Shown here: positions 1 through 13,559 of the stretch, piece after piece
Position numbering within the stretch: the first letter of the stretch is position 1
Layout of the letters: the number at the start of each line of letters is the position of its first letter
NCBI GenBank assembly: GCA_013265495.1
Contig: MU058687.1
Location: 930,001-994,000, forward strand
DNA: 64,000 bases
Source: Vicugna vicugna
Taxonomy: Eukaryota
Direction of reading: 5' to 3'
Notes under the pieces: generated by a model
The model's input: the letters and a program-made list of their open reading frames with translations, nothing else
Told to the model about the DNA's origin: nothing
Database searches by the model: none
Made by a program: the position numbers and the translations under genes

Positions 1-244
1 CAAACCACATATCTAACAAAGGACTGTGAACATCTATTATCTGGCACAAATAGAAATAGAGGCCTCAATTCTTAAGATACCAAAAGCTTGGCCAGACACT
101 CCTCAGTAAGGAGTAACACACATACTGGCAGCAAGGGTAGGATTAAATGGGTCAAGTTCTTTTACTTGAAAAGGTTTCAAAAATCAGAAGACTTTACCTT
201 TGGTCTATTTTAGCACCCTAACCCCTTAAGAACTTACCAGGCTA

Positions 245-775
245 ATGACCCAGCGATTCTATGCCTAGGGAACTAAAAATGTATGTCTATACAAAAACTG
301 TACACAAATGTTCATATCAGCATTATTCATGATAGCCAAAAGTGAAAACAACCCAAGTGTCCATCAATGGATGGATAAAGAAAATGTGGTATACCCACAT
401 AATGTAATACTATTTAGCAATAAAAAAAATGAGGTACTGATTCATGCTATAGCATGGACAACTCAAAAGCATTATGCTAAGTGAAACAAGCCAGTCACAA
501 ATGGCCACATATTTTATAATCACATGTTTACTAGATGTAAACAGGAGAGTAGTACCCAGAGTATGTACATCCACAGTAGCAATATATAAGCAGTTGCCTA
601 GGGCTAAGGAAAATATGGAGTGACTGCTAATGGGAACAGGGTGATGGGGTGATGAAAATGGTCTAAAACTGACTGTGCCACCATGTTTATACAACCCTAT
701 GAATTTAAAAAACATTAAATTCTGTATTTTAAATGAATGAATTATGTAGCATGTGAATAAAGGTTTTATTAAAAA
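245..775 (+). mobile_element. Ancient L1M 3' end
   Basis: Degenerate L1 ORF2-end/3'UTR motifs (atgacccagc..., aaatgtggtata..., aagccagtcacaaa). Confidence 0.75.
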
Positions 776-844
776 GAAGAAGAAAGGAAAAGAAAAAGGA
801 AGGTAAGAATGGAGAGAGAAAGGGAGAAAGAAAAAAAAACCTAC

Positions 845-1082
845 CAGGCTGAAAAATCTTATAGTAGGGACTGTAGGCTACATTTAATCCACCAAGCTTC
901 ACTGAGATTTCGTACCGCCCAGCCCTGCGCACAGTGAAGGCCACCTTGACGACGTTGGAACTGGGTTCCTGGAGGACTTCCTGGGTCACTGGAATTTCCA
1001 CTGCTAGCTCAACATGAGAGATGTGAACTCTTAGTCCCACAGGCCGATGTGCAGGGAAAGGTTGCCCATTCTTATAGAATAA
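845..1082 (-). CDS. AREL1: AREL1 third coding exon (filamin/Ig-like repeat region, LFYKNGQPFPAH...YYKIFQPG)
   Basis: Translation matches AREL1 as I recall it. Acceptor ccgcag|TTA at 1083/1082, donor CCTG|gtaggt at 845/844. 238 nt, phase-consistent with the preceding exon. The gene continues past the left window edge. Confidence 0.95.
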
Positions 1083-1518
1083 CTGCGGTGGTGAGAAGAG
1101 GGACACCCGTTAATGAACAAGGGGAGAAAACATTTCCTGTGTAACCTGAGAGTGTGGGAAGAGAGGAAGTGGCTGGCAAACCCCAGTACCCACCCACTCC
1201 TATGGTCCCGTTCACACAAGGAGAAACAAATTCTCTTAGTGCTTCAAAGAAAACCATTATATCATGAACTAATTCTTCCCCTGTTCAGAGGATAGGGGTA
1301 AAATGCACCACTGAATCAATTTCAACTTGGTATTTCTGAACCACAAGTGCAGCCTCCCCTGTCTTACCCTCCATTTTTCATTATGTTATCACTGCTAAAT
1401 CAAATGTACAGGTAAGTCAGCAGGTACCACTGGCACTGAGCAAACAAAACCACCTGGCAAGGCTAGGGGGGTTCAGACTATGAAGCCAAGCAGAAGGCTG
1501 CAATGGAGAAGTCATTGC

Positions 1519-1701
1519 AGGGGACAGCAAACTTTGTGCAAAGAGCCAGAGAGTAACTATTTTTGGCCCTGTGGCCAAAAGTGAAAGCATCCATAGGCAG
1601 TACAGGAAGATGAATGGGTGTAGCTGTGTTCTAATAAGCTGTAATTATAGAACCAGGAAGTGGGCCTGATTTGGGTCTCAGGCCATAGTTTGCCAACCTC
1701 T
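1519..1701. mobile_element. MER58A-like hAT-Charlie MITE
   Basis: Termini caggggacagcaaact ... agtttgccaacctct. Confidence 0.65.
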
Positions 1702-1974
1702 AATATAGAACGCCAACTCTTTACAGTAATATTCTCATTTTGAAAAGGTAACATTAAGCTTTATACTTCTCCAAGGCTAAGCACCTGTTAAACCAAAATA
1801 ATAGAGAACTTTGTGACTCTTCAGATATTAACAATTCCCAAGTTCCTGGAAGGGGTTGAAAAACAAGGAACATATTAACATTCCAGGCCAGCACCACCAA
1901 GAGACTGAACTGGGCTCTGGAAAGCAACTGACTCAGTAACCCCCGTGGGTATGGAGACAGAAACATTCCCTTAC

Positions 1975-2201
1975 ATGCACTCGGAAGGCCATGCTGTGGC
2001 CCACCTCATAGGGGTCCTTCCAATCCCAGGAGACTTTGCAAGAGCGAGGATCCAGGTAATTTCCCCGCACATAGTCATAAATAGTCCGGTCCCCTCGGCG
2101 TTCACGGTCCTCATTCTGGAGGAAGCTGACTACACGTGCGGCAAGCTCAAAGAGGAACTTAATTGTGAAGAAGAATGCAACCACAGACACTGTGATGCCA
2201 C
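1975..2201 (-). CDS. AREL1: AREL1 second coding exon (GGITVSVVAFFFTIKFLF...MAFRVH, includes N-terminal hydrophobic segment)
   Basis: Acceptor tctctttcacgtag|GT, donor CAT|gtaagg. 227 nt; with 16 nt from the previous exon this gives 81 whole codons. Confidence 0.95.
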
Positions 2202-2361
2202 CTACGTGAAAGAGAGAACACACACACCACCTGCCAGTTACACATTACAGCTTCTCGTTATGGAACAGGCTGGCCATCTCTCACATGAGAATTCCAAAGA
2301 TACTCTACTGGGTCACCACCTCTGTGGGTGAAGAGGTACTTCCACACTAAGGTTAGAAACT

Positions 2362-2564
2362 ACAGTCTTCAGCAAATCCCACCCACTGCCTATTTTTGTA
2401 AATAAAGTTCTACTGAAACACAGCCCCACCCTTCATTTACTATTGTTTAGGGCTGCTTTTGCCCTCAAGCAGCAGAGTATGGTAGCTGTGACACAGACTG
2501 TACGGCCTAGGAAGCTGAAAATATTTACTCTTTGGTCCTTTACAGAAAAGGTTTGCCAACCCTT
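2362..2564. mobile_element. MER58-like hAT-Charlie MITE
   Basis: tttttgtaaataaagtt...acacagcc core; end gtttgccaaccctt. Confidence 0.65.
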
Positions 2565-3071
2565 GTTCTATACCACAGACCACATATAACACCTCTCCCC
2601 AATGTTCCTGCATGCGCTGGGACCTGACACATTAGTAAAAAGAACACATATTCTAATTTTCCCCATTTGGAAGTTTTCCCCTCCCTTGCCCACTTGGCAA
2701 AAGCCCTCCCCAATCCCTGCTACAGTTAGGCGTTCCCTCTTCTCGGCTCCCTTGAACTCCTGTACATTCATTCATCTATTACAACTTTTCGCCCATCTCG
2801 TGTTATGAACTTCGTGGAGGTTGATTTTTGCCTTATTTGACTCTGACTGGGCAGGAAACAGTGTCTGGCACTGGCCATAATTACTCAATAAATATTTCCC
2901 AAATGAATGAATTGCACTGCCAACTCTGTGAAGGTACATTCTGGCATGACTAGAAATATTTCTAAGTCTATTTTCAAGGAGAAATATTTCTAAGCTTGCC
3001 TTCAAGGAGGCAAAAAGGGTACACACAACCCTAACAAAAAAATAATAAAGAGAGCTCTTTCCATAACATAC

Positions 3072-3087
3072 CAATAACGTAAAACAT
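3072..3087 (-). CDS. AREL1: AREL1 start-codon exon, coding part (ATG TTT TAC GTT ATT G = MFYVI-G). The exon begins at about 3132 with 45 nt of 5'UTR
   Basis: MFYVIG is the AREL1 N-terminus. Donor G|gtatgt at 3072/3071, acceptor ttttcttttgcag at 3133. Confidence 0.9.
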
Positions 3088-3981
3088 CAGGTCCCTTCAA
3101 CGCCAACAGACAGCCGAGGATCACAGCTGCAGCTGCAAAAGAAAACTTGTTCAGTTTTTCCTCCAGCTCTTCCTTACTGCCATCTGTAAGATGAGACAAA
3201 GTAGAGCATCTGGCTTGAGTCAACCATCTCCAGCCTTACTATCCCTTCTCTCTCTCTAGCTTGACAGGTGCCCCACAACACTGCAGAGAAACAGAGACTG
3301 CATCACTCCCCCTAAAGACTTTCAATCTACCGACCACCCTAGGAATACCACAAACAGCCACCTCTAATTACCAAGTGCAGAAACATGGCTTTCATCTTCT
3401 TAGATCCAGGGCCCCAAGACAGTTTCCCTCCCCCATGCAAAGTAGTGCTAATTAACATAAGCAAAGAGGATAATGGAGTCACTTTCCCCTTATATTTACC
3501 TTCTGGAAGTAATTCATCTAAGTAGAAATAGTTACATAAAATGTGGATTTTTAAAAGCAAGTATTATCATCATCATGTAATTAAAATGAACTCTGGGTCA
3601 TCCCAATAATAAGCAGTGAGTGGGCATGTAAAAGAAGCCATTTTTGCTGTTACCAATCAGACAAACTAATGGGCCCTGTGGAAGATGAGCTCAGCAGAGG
3701 CCAAGGAGAGGAACCAAAGGAGAAGACTGTACTTCTCATCCTAAGTGATGTCTGCCAAGGTCAGAACAATTCAAACAGGGGCCAGAGTCTGAGAGAAAAC
3801 TTTCAATGTTATTAAACTTATTTCCAGAATAAGACTTCAATCTTTATTACTCATTTGAACCACCCAAGGTACTGCCAAGGAAAAATTCAATGCACACTGA
3901 CATTTTTGACCTTAGCATAGACTGTATATGCTCTCCAATCCACAAAGCACTAAATTCATTCTTTCAAATCTGTCTCCCTCC

Positions 3982-4019
3982 CTCTCTGTCTCTGTCTGTC
4001 TCTGTCTGTCTCTCTCTCT
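3982..4019. repeat. (TCTG/TC)n simple repeat
   Basis: Direct reading. Confidence 0.85.
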
Positions 4020-5029
4020 AACTAAGTTATCAATATTATCTCAACCCAGCACCTTTTATCAGCACTACTATATTACTTAGAGATAAGACAGCTGAAAATT
4101 TCTGGGTTCAGATTTAGGAGAGACCAAAACAACTTTTTTTTTTTAACTAAGTATGCTTTTATGTCTAATTGTAGTGGGAAAATTTAATAGAAAAAGTGAC
4201 CAAAAAGGCCATTAGTTCCTTTGATCACAATATACCCAATGGAATCCATACAGAGTAGTGTAATTTGAGGTATGATCATGTCAAGTTTCATAGAAATCCC
4301 TATTTAGACTGGTGGTTAAAGTACTATCCAAAGAGAAATCCACAAGGGAACATTCACACTGTCAATACACATGGATTAAGCTGCCCCTACAATGGGACTA
4401 TTACAGAGACAAAATGCTGACTCAGATCTGGGATCACAATTACTGAGCCCCTTGCCAAACAAGTATCTCATCTCCTGGGACCCTATGCTGAAAAGCTGGT
4501 ATCATCTCTCAAAAAGCATCTGTCTGTGCTTTACAGGAAGTGCTAGGTGACTTGGTGGGACCAAAACCAGCAGTTTAACTGTCTTAGATACTCCCCTAGT
4601 TGGATACCACCCAATCTGATCCTGGATGTAAAAATTTAGTCGTCAGCAAAGTTATAGCACTCAGCAGAAAATGAAGCATATATAGCTGATGTTATAGACT
4701 TGTGGTCTCAAGTCTCTTACTCCTTGGAGGAATAAGAGAAATGCTAAATTTATGACACATGCCATGAGAGCTGGGAAAAATCCTAAGTGTTATCCCTCAC
4801 AATTACAACAACTTTTTCTGTGAGAGGCCACTGACAAGCAATACGTCAGAGCCTGGAGACCAGATCCAGGGCTACAACTGTGTGGCCTATCTAAGCTACA
4901 GAATTCTCACTGCTGTAAAAAGAGTTGAAGTTTAATAATTTCAATGGCATCATCTCCTTTAGTGTGATAAGACTTCAATATAACAAGCCACAGCCATCAA
5001 GACTCTAAAATCAAACATTACAGCAAAGA

Positions 5030-5280
5030 GAATATAGAGGATGAGGGTACGTACTCTAGAGCTAGACTACCTGGGCTTAAATCCATTCTCTCCCACTCAG
5101 AGGGTGACCATAAGCAACGTATTTAATCTTTCTATAATCTGCCAGTGTCCTTATTCATCAAATGGGGATAGTATCTGTCTGTACCTCATAGGGGTGTCAT
5201 GAAGATGAAATGAAAACATATGTCAACAGCGTAGAATAACGCCCAGCACAGAATGAGTTCTCAGTTTCAATTATTATTAT
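5030..5280. mobile_element. MIR SINE
   Basis: MIR core-like aaatggggata...tacctcatagg...gaagatgaaatga. Confidence 0.65.
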
Positions 5281-8164
5281 AATTATTATCAATAGTAATA
5301 GCAGCATCACTATTCCTTTGCTTCAGAGCCAACAGGAAACTCAGGGAACCCCCTACTAGCCCCCACTTTCTTTAATGAGAAATGCATCAGAATGACAAAA
5401 GGCAAGGCTTTTCTTACTGTACTTAAAATCTCTGCCTACATAGGCGTTCTTTATGTCTGAAAATTTTTTTAATGAAGAATTAAAATTCATCCTAAAATAA
5501 TTCATCCAACAAATATTGAATATCCAGTTAATATCCCAGGTATTGAGGGAATGATGCAGAACAGCCATTGTCTCAGTACTCATGGCTGGCAATAATGAAC
5601 TTGACCTTGTCAAGTCCTTGTCTATTTTTTTCCCCATTCATTTATTTCTCAACCAGATCATCTGATCTAGACCTTTTCCAAAGGTCAATTCTACATTTCT
5701 ACTCCAATTCCCTTTTTCATTTAAAACTCAGCACACCAACTATTACTTTTTTTCCAAACTCTCCTCTTTTCCTTGAAACCTCCTTGTGACCAATGACTTA
5801 GCTCTTTCAATTCATCACTGAATGATGTGATCTTTACAAAATACCCCACTTCTTGTATTCCTCTCAAAAACCTCCTCAACTCCAGAGTGTGAGCAGAAGT
5901 GCATCCTGGGCCTGCTGGAGAACTTCTAGGAGCCCCTGGCCCAGGACAGCATGGATTCTCTGGGCCTCCTCCAGAAGCAGTTTGTATACAGCTCATTGTG
6001 ACTTTTGCAACAAATCAAAGCTAGTTTTGGTATTTAAAACCACACCTCCCCAACAATGGGATACTTACCCATCTCTCAGTTTTACATGGTCACATTCTGA
6101 ACTTGTCTTCCCTCTGTATTTTCTCTATCTCTGGATGCTGTCACAAAGCCTTCATATCTTTGTCTTTGGGTACAGGATTTCTTTTTACGGTGATCCCTCA
6201 AATCACTTTTATTCCAGATTTCACCTCTTCTGAAGGCATTTTCTATCTTCTTACTGTCCCTCTCTACCTTATCTCTGCTCCCACCCCATCCCATACTATT
6301 CTCTTTGGTCCCATAATGCACAATACCTTGTTATTCAGCCTATGATCTAGCTGAATCAGATCCTTGACACCTTCACATATAAGCTCTGAAATGTCCCATC
6401 TCCGTGCCTTTGCAAAAGTCATCTCCTTTGCCTAGACTATCTTCTCCTCTCTCAGTCTTTATCCATGAAAAATCTCTTAATCCTAAAGTCTAGAAAAATC
6501 CTGTCTTCCCTCCCTGAAATTTGTCCTGATCCTCAATTAAAAAATTCCTTATCTCCTCTAAATTCCCAAGCTACTTTATTTTTCTTATACCACTTATATT
6601 CTTTCAGTTCCTTGTGTGTTTTATTTTCCATTTCAGATGGTAAATAACATGAAGCAAAGACTAGTCTTAGAAATTCTCCCCAGCATCTAACATAATTACA
6701 TAGAGTAATTGCAATAAATATAACTAAGTAATTGCAACAAATATAACTAAAATATCTGCTGAATGGATACAGTCATATGTGTTCTTTTCTTTGTCCAAGA
6801 ATCAGAATGCCTAAAGATCAGGTATTTTCTGCCTGATGGGGCCTTCCTTTTGATATAGTTTTTAAAGACTTCTCTAATTAGCAGTAAATTCATTTGAGAT
6901 GGGGGTTATAAACTCTTTAGACCAAATGTTGTCAATTTACTTCATTCAGATCTTTAAGCATGTATCAAATACCTAGCTAGGATTAGAGTCATGGGTTCCC
7001 ACGCATGGCTGGTACCTTAGGTTTAAGGTCCTATCTTCCTTATCTTGAGGGTTTTTGTTTTTTTTTTAACAATAGTTTCCACAGCACCTTCCACTTTCTG
7101 CTGCTGACACTTCTTCATAAAATTATTTTGGAATTCTTCCTGAGTCTAATTTAAGCACAAAGAAGCAGTATGTTAAGCCTCTGCCATACTATTTCATGTA
7201 CAGCTAATTCAGCTACATGAGTATTTTGTTTTCAAGTTCGATCTCTTTAGTGTTCTTGCCTTTACACAATTCAGCAAATTGTGATACCCTAGGCTAGCAG
7301 AACAACAGGAGTAGTAGTAAACTCATAAATTACAACCCCATTACTAAGCCACTTACCATAGGCCAAACACTATACGAAGTATTTTACATATTAACCTAAA
7401 TAAAAAGCTAGGCTTATAAAAGTTGACTCGCTGAACATCTCCTGGCTGGTTAAGTGACTCAAGTCCGTGTCTAACTCTGAAGCCCAAAGTTCTTCACCTC
7501 ATTCAACACTGAAGTATGAAAAAGAGTGGAGTCATAGGGACAGTGAAGTATTTGGGAAGAGACAAGATGTAAGAAAACAGGTAAAAGAAAGTATGAAAAA
7601 CATTACCCAATCTTACTGTAAGAATCTCACCATAAAGCTAAAATTAGAAAGATAAATGCTTATGGCCCCTTTATAAACCTTTTGAAATAAAAATAAAGTA
7701 TGATAAAGGAAAATGGAATGCAGTACCAATTATCTAAGGAAGAAATATCACTTGCTTACTAAAAGATCCCGGGCAAGTTGCTTAATACTACAGCATTTTG
7801 GCTCATATTACCTACAAAAGAGGGAAAGGGGAAATACTTGAAGATAATCTGTCTCAAGGGAACATTACAAAGTTGACTGACAAAACATATTCTAAAACTA
7901 TTTGCTTTTTCTTTTGGTGTATAAAGACTTACAGTTACAATATCAAATAAATTTTAGCCCTGACATTGAAGATCAGTTGTGAGAAAGTCATTTCTCAGAA
8001 ATGGAGAACTGATTTCTTCATACTCAAAGTTGCCCTGCTGGGAGCAAAGTCAATTCTACCTGCAACTGTGCATTTCAATACTACCCCTTGCTGAAAAGGC
8101 TTTGAAACTGAGTCCATGTTCTACATCCAGTACAAAGTGAAACTTAATGAGTCTATCCCCTTAC

Positions 8165-8479
8165 CTTTAAACGAGGGCCCATGTTCTGAGAACCAAGAAG
8201 AGTGCTCCTATTCACCAAGGTGGTAACTTTTGGCCACATCCACTTTGTCTTCCAGCTTCCACATGAAAGAAAATAGCTGCAAGGTCAACAGAAAGTGCCT
8301 GTCCATCAGACCTTCAGTGAGGGTGTGTCACAGAAGCAAAGGGTCAATGTTTCTGGAATGAACTGGATGAATTCCAGGGTGGAAAAATACAATCCCAAAA
8401 TATATCATCCCTGGACCTCTCTAGTGCAGAGCACAATCAGCTGCCAAAGGATGCATGCGTTCTGTCTCAGGATCTTACC
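8165..8479 (-). other. AREL1: Putative AREL1 non-coding 5'UTR exon 2
   Basis: Strong acceptor (ctcttcttttctttgtag ending at 8480) and strong donor (AAG|gtaagg at 8165/8164) in non-repetitive sequence. No transcript evidence available. Confidence 0.6.
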
Positions 8480-9234
8480 CTACAAAGAAAAGAAGAGTCA
8501 GTGGAATAGGTTTTTATTTCTGAAAGAGAACCCCCAGAAAACAACAAAGAGGAGGTAGAATAGGCAATGGAAACCCTGTGGCACTAAAAATAACCTAGGC
8601 CTGGTAAACTCTGGCCAAATTTTCCCAGTTAAAAGTCCAGAAGAAAAGTCAAGCGGCAATCTCACGGCCTTCACCGTGTCATCCACTGGAAGGGAGCTCC
8701 AGCACTTCAGCTGATTCCAGCCCTTCAGTAGAAGCAACCTAGAGCATAGATTCAGAGTGAGCCTTGTCACAACCGCACACCCAGTTTCGGTTTAACGGGG
8801 CTAGAACACAGGGTATGGGAACAAAGTGAAAACAGAGGAGAGGATGTAGGAGGGGCCAGGCTGCCGAGGGCCCTGGAAGCCGTGACAAGGAATCAAGATA
8901 ACACTCAGCTAGAAAGCAGAAACCACCAAAGAAAGAGCTTTAAAACCTTAATCTATCAGCCTATACAGTCTGCTCCCTTTGTGCCCGTGTTTGTATTTCC
9001 AAGACAGGGTTAAACAATACTGACTTTATCTTTAAAACAGTAAGATTTGCTACTATGAATAAGGGGGAAATTATTGTGAACTTTCATAACAAAGTCACTG
9101 AGTAATAAAGTTCAGTAAAGTCAGCCTGTACCTCAAAGATAATCATGAACTAAATGTAGCAGAAAGGGGGTTATAGCAAGGCACACACAAACAGCCACTA
9201 CACAACATGTGAGAAGAAACAACAATCCATTTCC

Positions 9235-9430
9235 ACATGGCAGGAACTGTTCTCAGTGCTTCATATGTATTAACTCACAACTCTAAGACATAGAGACAAT
9301 TATCCCTATTTTACAGATGAGGAAACTGAGGCAATTTCTCAGTTACGTTCTTAAGATTTCGCATAAGTAGCAGAGTTCAGTGAAACCCAAACAACCTGGA
9401 CTCAGAATCCATGCTCTTAATGACCACTCT
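9235..9430. mobile_element. MIR SINE
   Basis: Core attttacagatgaggaaactgaggc. Confidence 0.75.
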
Positions 9431-10732
9431 ACTGTTTATCATGGGAAACCAAGAGTGAAAACACAAAATGCTAAGAGCAGAACAGAATGAGCAAAAGCCA
9501 CCATATCAAACTAGTTGGCAAACTTTTATAATTAAAAATAAGTACATGTAATTATTTTAAAATATGGCGATAGACTTGCCAAGTACATGAACTAAAACGT
9601 GGGTCAACTAGCGACTGGAACCAGCTTAAAGGATCCACAAACAAGAGAACTACATAAACTACGAGAGATCCATTAGAATGCTATATAAGCATTAAAAAAA
9701 TATACAACACTTTAAAGGATTAAGAACACAGTGAACTGCTCACAAATAAAATGTTAAATGAAAAAGCAAACACAAAATTATTTACATATCATGAGCCCAA
9801 TTTTTATAGTATTACATTACATAGAGAAGACTGGAAGAAATAACATAAAAACGTTAACAGTGGTCATCTCTTGGTGTTTGGAATTATAAACAATTTTTAT
9901 TTTCTACCTATAACTTTCAGTGTTTTCCAAACTCTTAACGATGCAAGAACATATGAAAAGTTCCTATTTCTGGAGAACAAATACAAAGTATTTGAGAGAA
10001 CAGGCAAGTTGTCCTTTTTTCAGATAAGGAAATAGTATTTTTAAATTAGCTAAATATAATAGAAAGTATTAAACTTTTATATTTTTTTAAACTTTTATTT
10101 CTATTCATAATGACCTCAGTGGGTCTCCAACCCTGTGATCAGCTATTTGACTATTAAATCAAACAACTCCTAGATCCAACATCATCTTTACTCTGCCCCA
10201 CCATGATCTACCGTGCTTACTTCTGTCCCCTCAAACCCGACCGCCCCCGTCCCATGCTTCAGAGCTTCTAGGGAGCTTCAAGACTCAACTAAAGCACCAT
10301 TCCTTTTCCTGGTCCAACTCCCAAGACCCTCTGAGGGCTCCCCCTACACCAAGCAGAACCAATCATTTTCTACTTTGTGATACTTCTATGCTGAAGATAT
10401 CTCTATTATAGCATTTATTGGTCTGTGTTATAATTATTTGTCTACACAATTGTCTCTCCTAATGAATTGCAGACTCCCTGAGGATACTTAGTGGGTCTTC
10501 CTCATCTTTGCCTCCCAGTCACTAGCATGGTATTCAGAGTCATTTCAGAGTCCATACTTCCCCAAGTTCCCCAGTGATTCCTATGTATGTTAAAGTTTAA
10601 GAAGCATGGTCCTCTTTAGAGCAGTCAGTCTGAGAAGGGACCCAACATTCTGCACCTCTAACAGGTAGGTTCACAGGCAATGCTGATGCTGCTGGTCTGC
10701 AGACATGCTTTCAGGAGAAAGGGTCCATACAG

Positions 10733-10959
10733 AAGGAGATGGCAAACTACACCCTGCAGGTCAAATCCAGACAGCGGTCTTTTTTTGTTTAAAAAAAAAG
10801 TTTTGTAAAAAGAGAATGAACACAGCCAAGTTCATTCGTTTACATTTTGTCTACAACTGCCTTTGAACTACAGCACAGAGCTGAGTAGTTGCAGCAGAGA
10901 TGTATGGCCCACAAAGCTTTCCTATCTGACCTTTTACAGCAAAAGTTTACCGATCCCTG
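10733..10959. mobile_element. MER58-like hAT-Charlie MITE
   Basis: ggcaaacta... start and agtttaccgatccctg end; resembles the 2362 copy. Confidence 0.6.
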
Positions 10960-13559
10960 GTATGGAGGACTTAGTCGTAATGCGTTGTATAAACAAACTC
11001 ATTTTTATGTATCAAGAAAGCATAAAAATTATTTTCCAGTTCTACTATGCCCCTCCTAGGAAAACAGCTATAAAACTGACAACATTATACAAATGTTTCT
11101 CCTGGCTAATTTCAACTGTTATTTAAAAGTTTTATGCCCTCCATACCCCAAATAGGAATTTTATACATTCATTTCCCAAAGTATGTGTTTCATACAATCA
11201 TGCTTGGATTTCCTCAAGGCTATAACTTCCTAAAACCACCTAGTACCTCAGGGACCAAATCCTGTATCTGGGTTTCTAAAATTACCACAATACATACTGA
11301 CTTAGTCTCTACTTTTGAAGTGTTATTCTTTAAAAGTCGTGGAAAAAAAAAAAACTATGTGAAAGTCCACTTTGGAATTCTGGTATATAAAGAGGTAGGG
11401 GTAGCACATAGGAATCCTAAATAACAACCACTGAGTTCCACAAAATAAGACAGGACAGAAAAAAGATGTTTGCTTTGCAAACTGTCATCTCCAGCTTTCT
11501 CTACAGAGAGAAGCACCAGCCACAAGTCCACGGAAGTCAAATTTAAAAAACAAATCATTCAAGTAAAAAAAGGCCCACAGGTTACAGTGGTCTAAATAAG
11601 GAGGCTCCAGGAAATAAAGTGCACCATAAGACACTTTAGCTTATTAGTTTACATTTTCCTTTGCTTCATTTCACCCTTGGTTTATTCTCTCCACCCCCAA
11701 AATCCCACCATAAAAGATCACCCTCCCCCAGCAAGTTTATACTCTTGAGATATTTATACAGTGTATATTCCTGCTACCTTGGTTCAGCCAAGTTATACAG
11801 TTTTCATTTATATTCTTTCCTCATCAATCAGCCCCTCCAGTCTCTTAATCATTCCTGTGAGTCTTCTGTGAACTCCCTCCAGCTGGTCCCCAGCGATCTG
11901 GTAATGAGGTGCCTCCAACTGACTGTAGCCTTCCAGGAACAGCCTCGTTACTCAGAACAAGATGAGCTCACCCTCCTCAGCTCCATGACATAATACTCCT
12001 GAGAAGACAATCCTCTGAATCACAGAAAGCTAGAATGCTGCCATGTTAGACTATGACCCCATTCCATGCTTCCAGATTTGGACATTGGGGCATGCCAGAA
12101 CATGCTAGCAGACAGGATAAATGACACGTGTTCCTGCAGCAACTAGTTATTAGAGGATGAGGTCGGTGAGGAGAAAAAAGTATTTTCATGTTGGAAAAAA
12201 CTCACAGTAAAACAGAATGCAAAATATGTACAAATTTCTAAAGATAAAGCAAGGGTATATTCAAAACAGTCATATATATTTTGTAGTTTTGTACATATTT
12301 TGTACTTGGGGCTCTGCTCCCAGCCAACAGGTTACATACCAACCAACCTCCATCATTAGAGGTACCTGAGCTGAAAAGTTTGAAAAGCAGTATAACCTCC
12401 ACCCAACTTTTGGCATACCATTCCACTGTCAACCCACTCCATACACCCACATTGTATTTTTTTTTTGTTATGGTCCTCCATCCCTAGATATCTATATTTT
12501 CTCTTAAAATTATTTGCTAAAGTTTTGTGTTTTAGCAAATTTACTGTAATTTACTACCAACATCTCTAGGTTCTTCTGTATCATTCATTCTTCATTCATT
12601 TCATATTTACTGAGCATCTGTGGTAGCATGCCAGACTGTGTGCTAAAAACTAAAGTCACCAGGATAGATAAGACAGGCTCTTTTTCTTAACCTCAATGAA
12701 CCCTGTCCAACATGGGAGATGGACAACACAATGTGGCAAGTACCACAGAAGAGGAAAAAACAGTGCGTGGAGGAAAAAAGGAGAGAGGTAACCTTGCTTG
12801 AGAGGAGTGGAAGTCTTCACAGGAGTGGCAATGGAACTATTACTTAAGAATGAGTAAGCATTTGCAAGGCAGGGAGGAATAAAGAATCAGTATCCTAGGT
12901 AGAAAGAATAACATAAGTAAAAGTACTGAGTTGAGAGAGCAAGAGAGAGAGAGAGAGGGAGAGGAAGAGAGGAAGAGAGCGCAATGAAAAGTTAAGCATG
13001 ATGAAAGCAAAGTGTTTAGAAAACCACATAGGGCCAAACCAGGGTGACTGATTCTAAGCACAGTGCAGTGCAGTGGTCAAGAGCATGAATCTTACAAGGA
13101 AGTCATCTCGGGCAAGCTACTTAGCTTATCTTTAGTTGCCTCCAATGTGAAATGGAGATACACTGAGAAAAGGAAGGAATTCAGCTGTTCTTGGGGAGTA
13201 AGACTTGGAATATATGGAAAGGGAGGACCAGCTGAGACTGGAAACTAGACCCAGGTGACTTGGCACTACAGGAGCACCCTGGATGTGGCTCTATGTGCAA
13301 ACCAGGCTGCTGGGATGCCAGGTTAGGATGGCGGTTTGTGCCCAGGGCACAGCAGCCCAACTCAAATAAATGAGGGAGATGGAACTGAGTGTACTGGAGG
13401 GAACTTGGTTCAGCTAATTATACAGTTATTATTTATAGTCTTTCCTCATCAGGAAAGATGAGAAATCCAGAGAAATCTCATTTGGAAACAACAAAAGCAA
13501 CAATCCAAATACTAGGTTTTCTGGGCTTTTATCAAGTACAATGATAAAAGCAAGAATCC

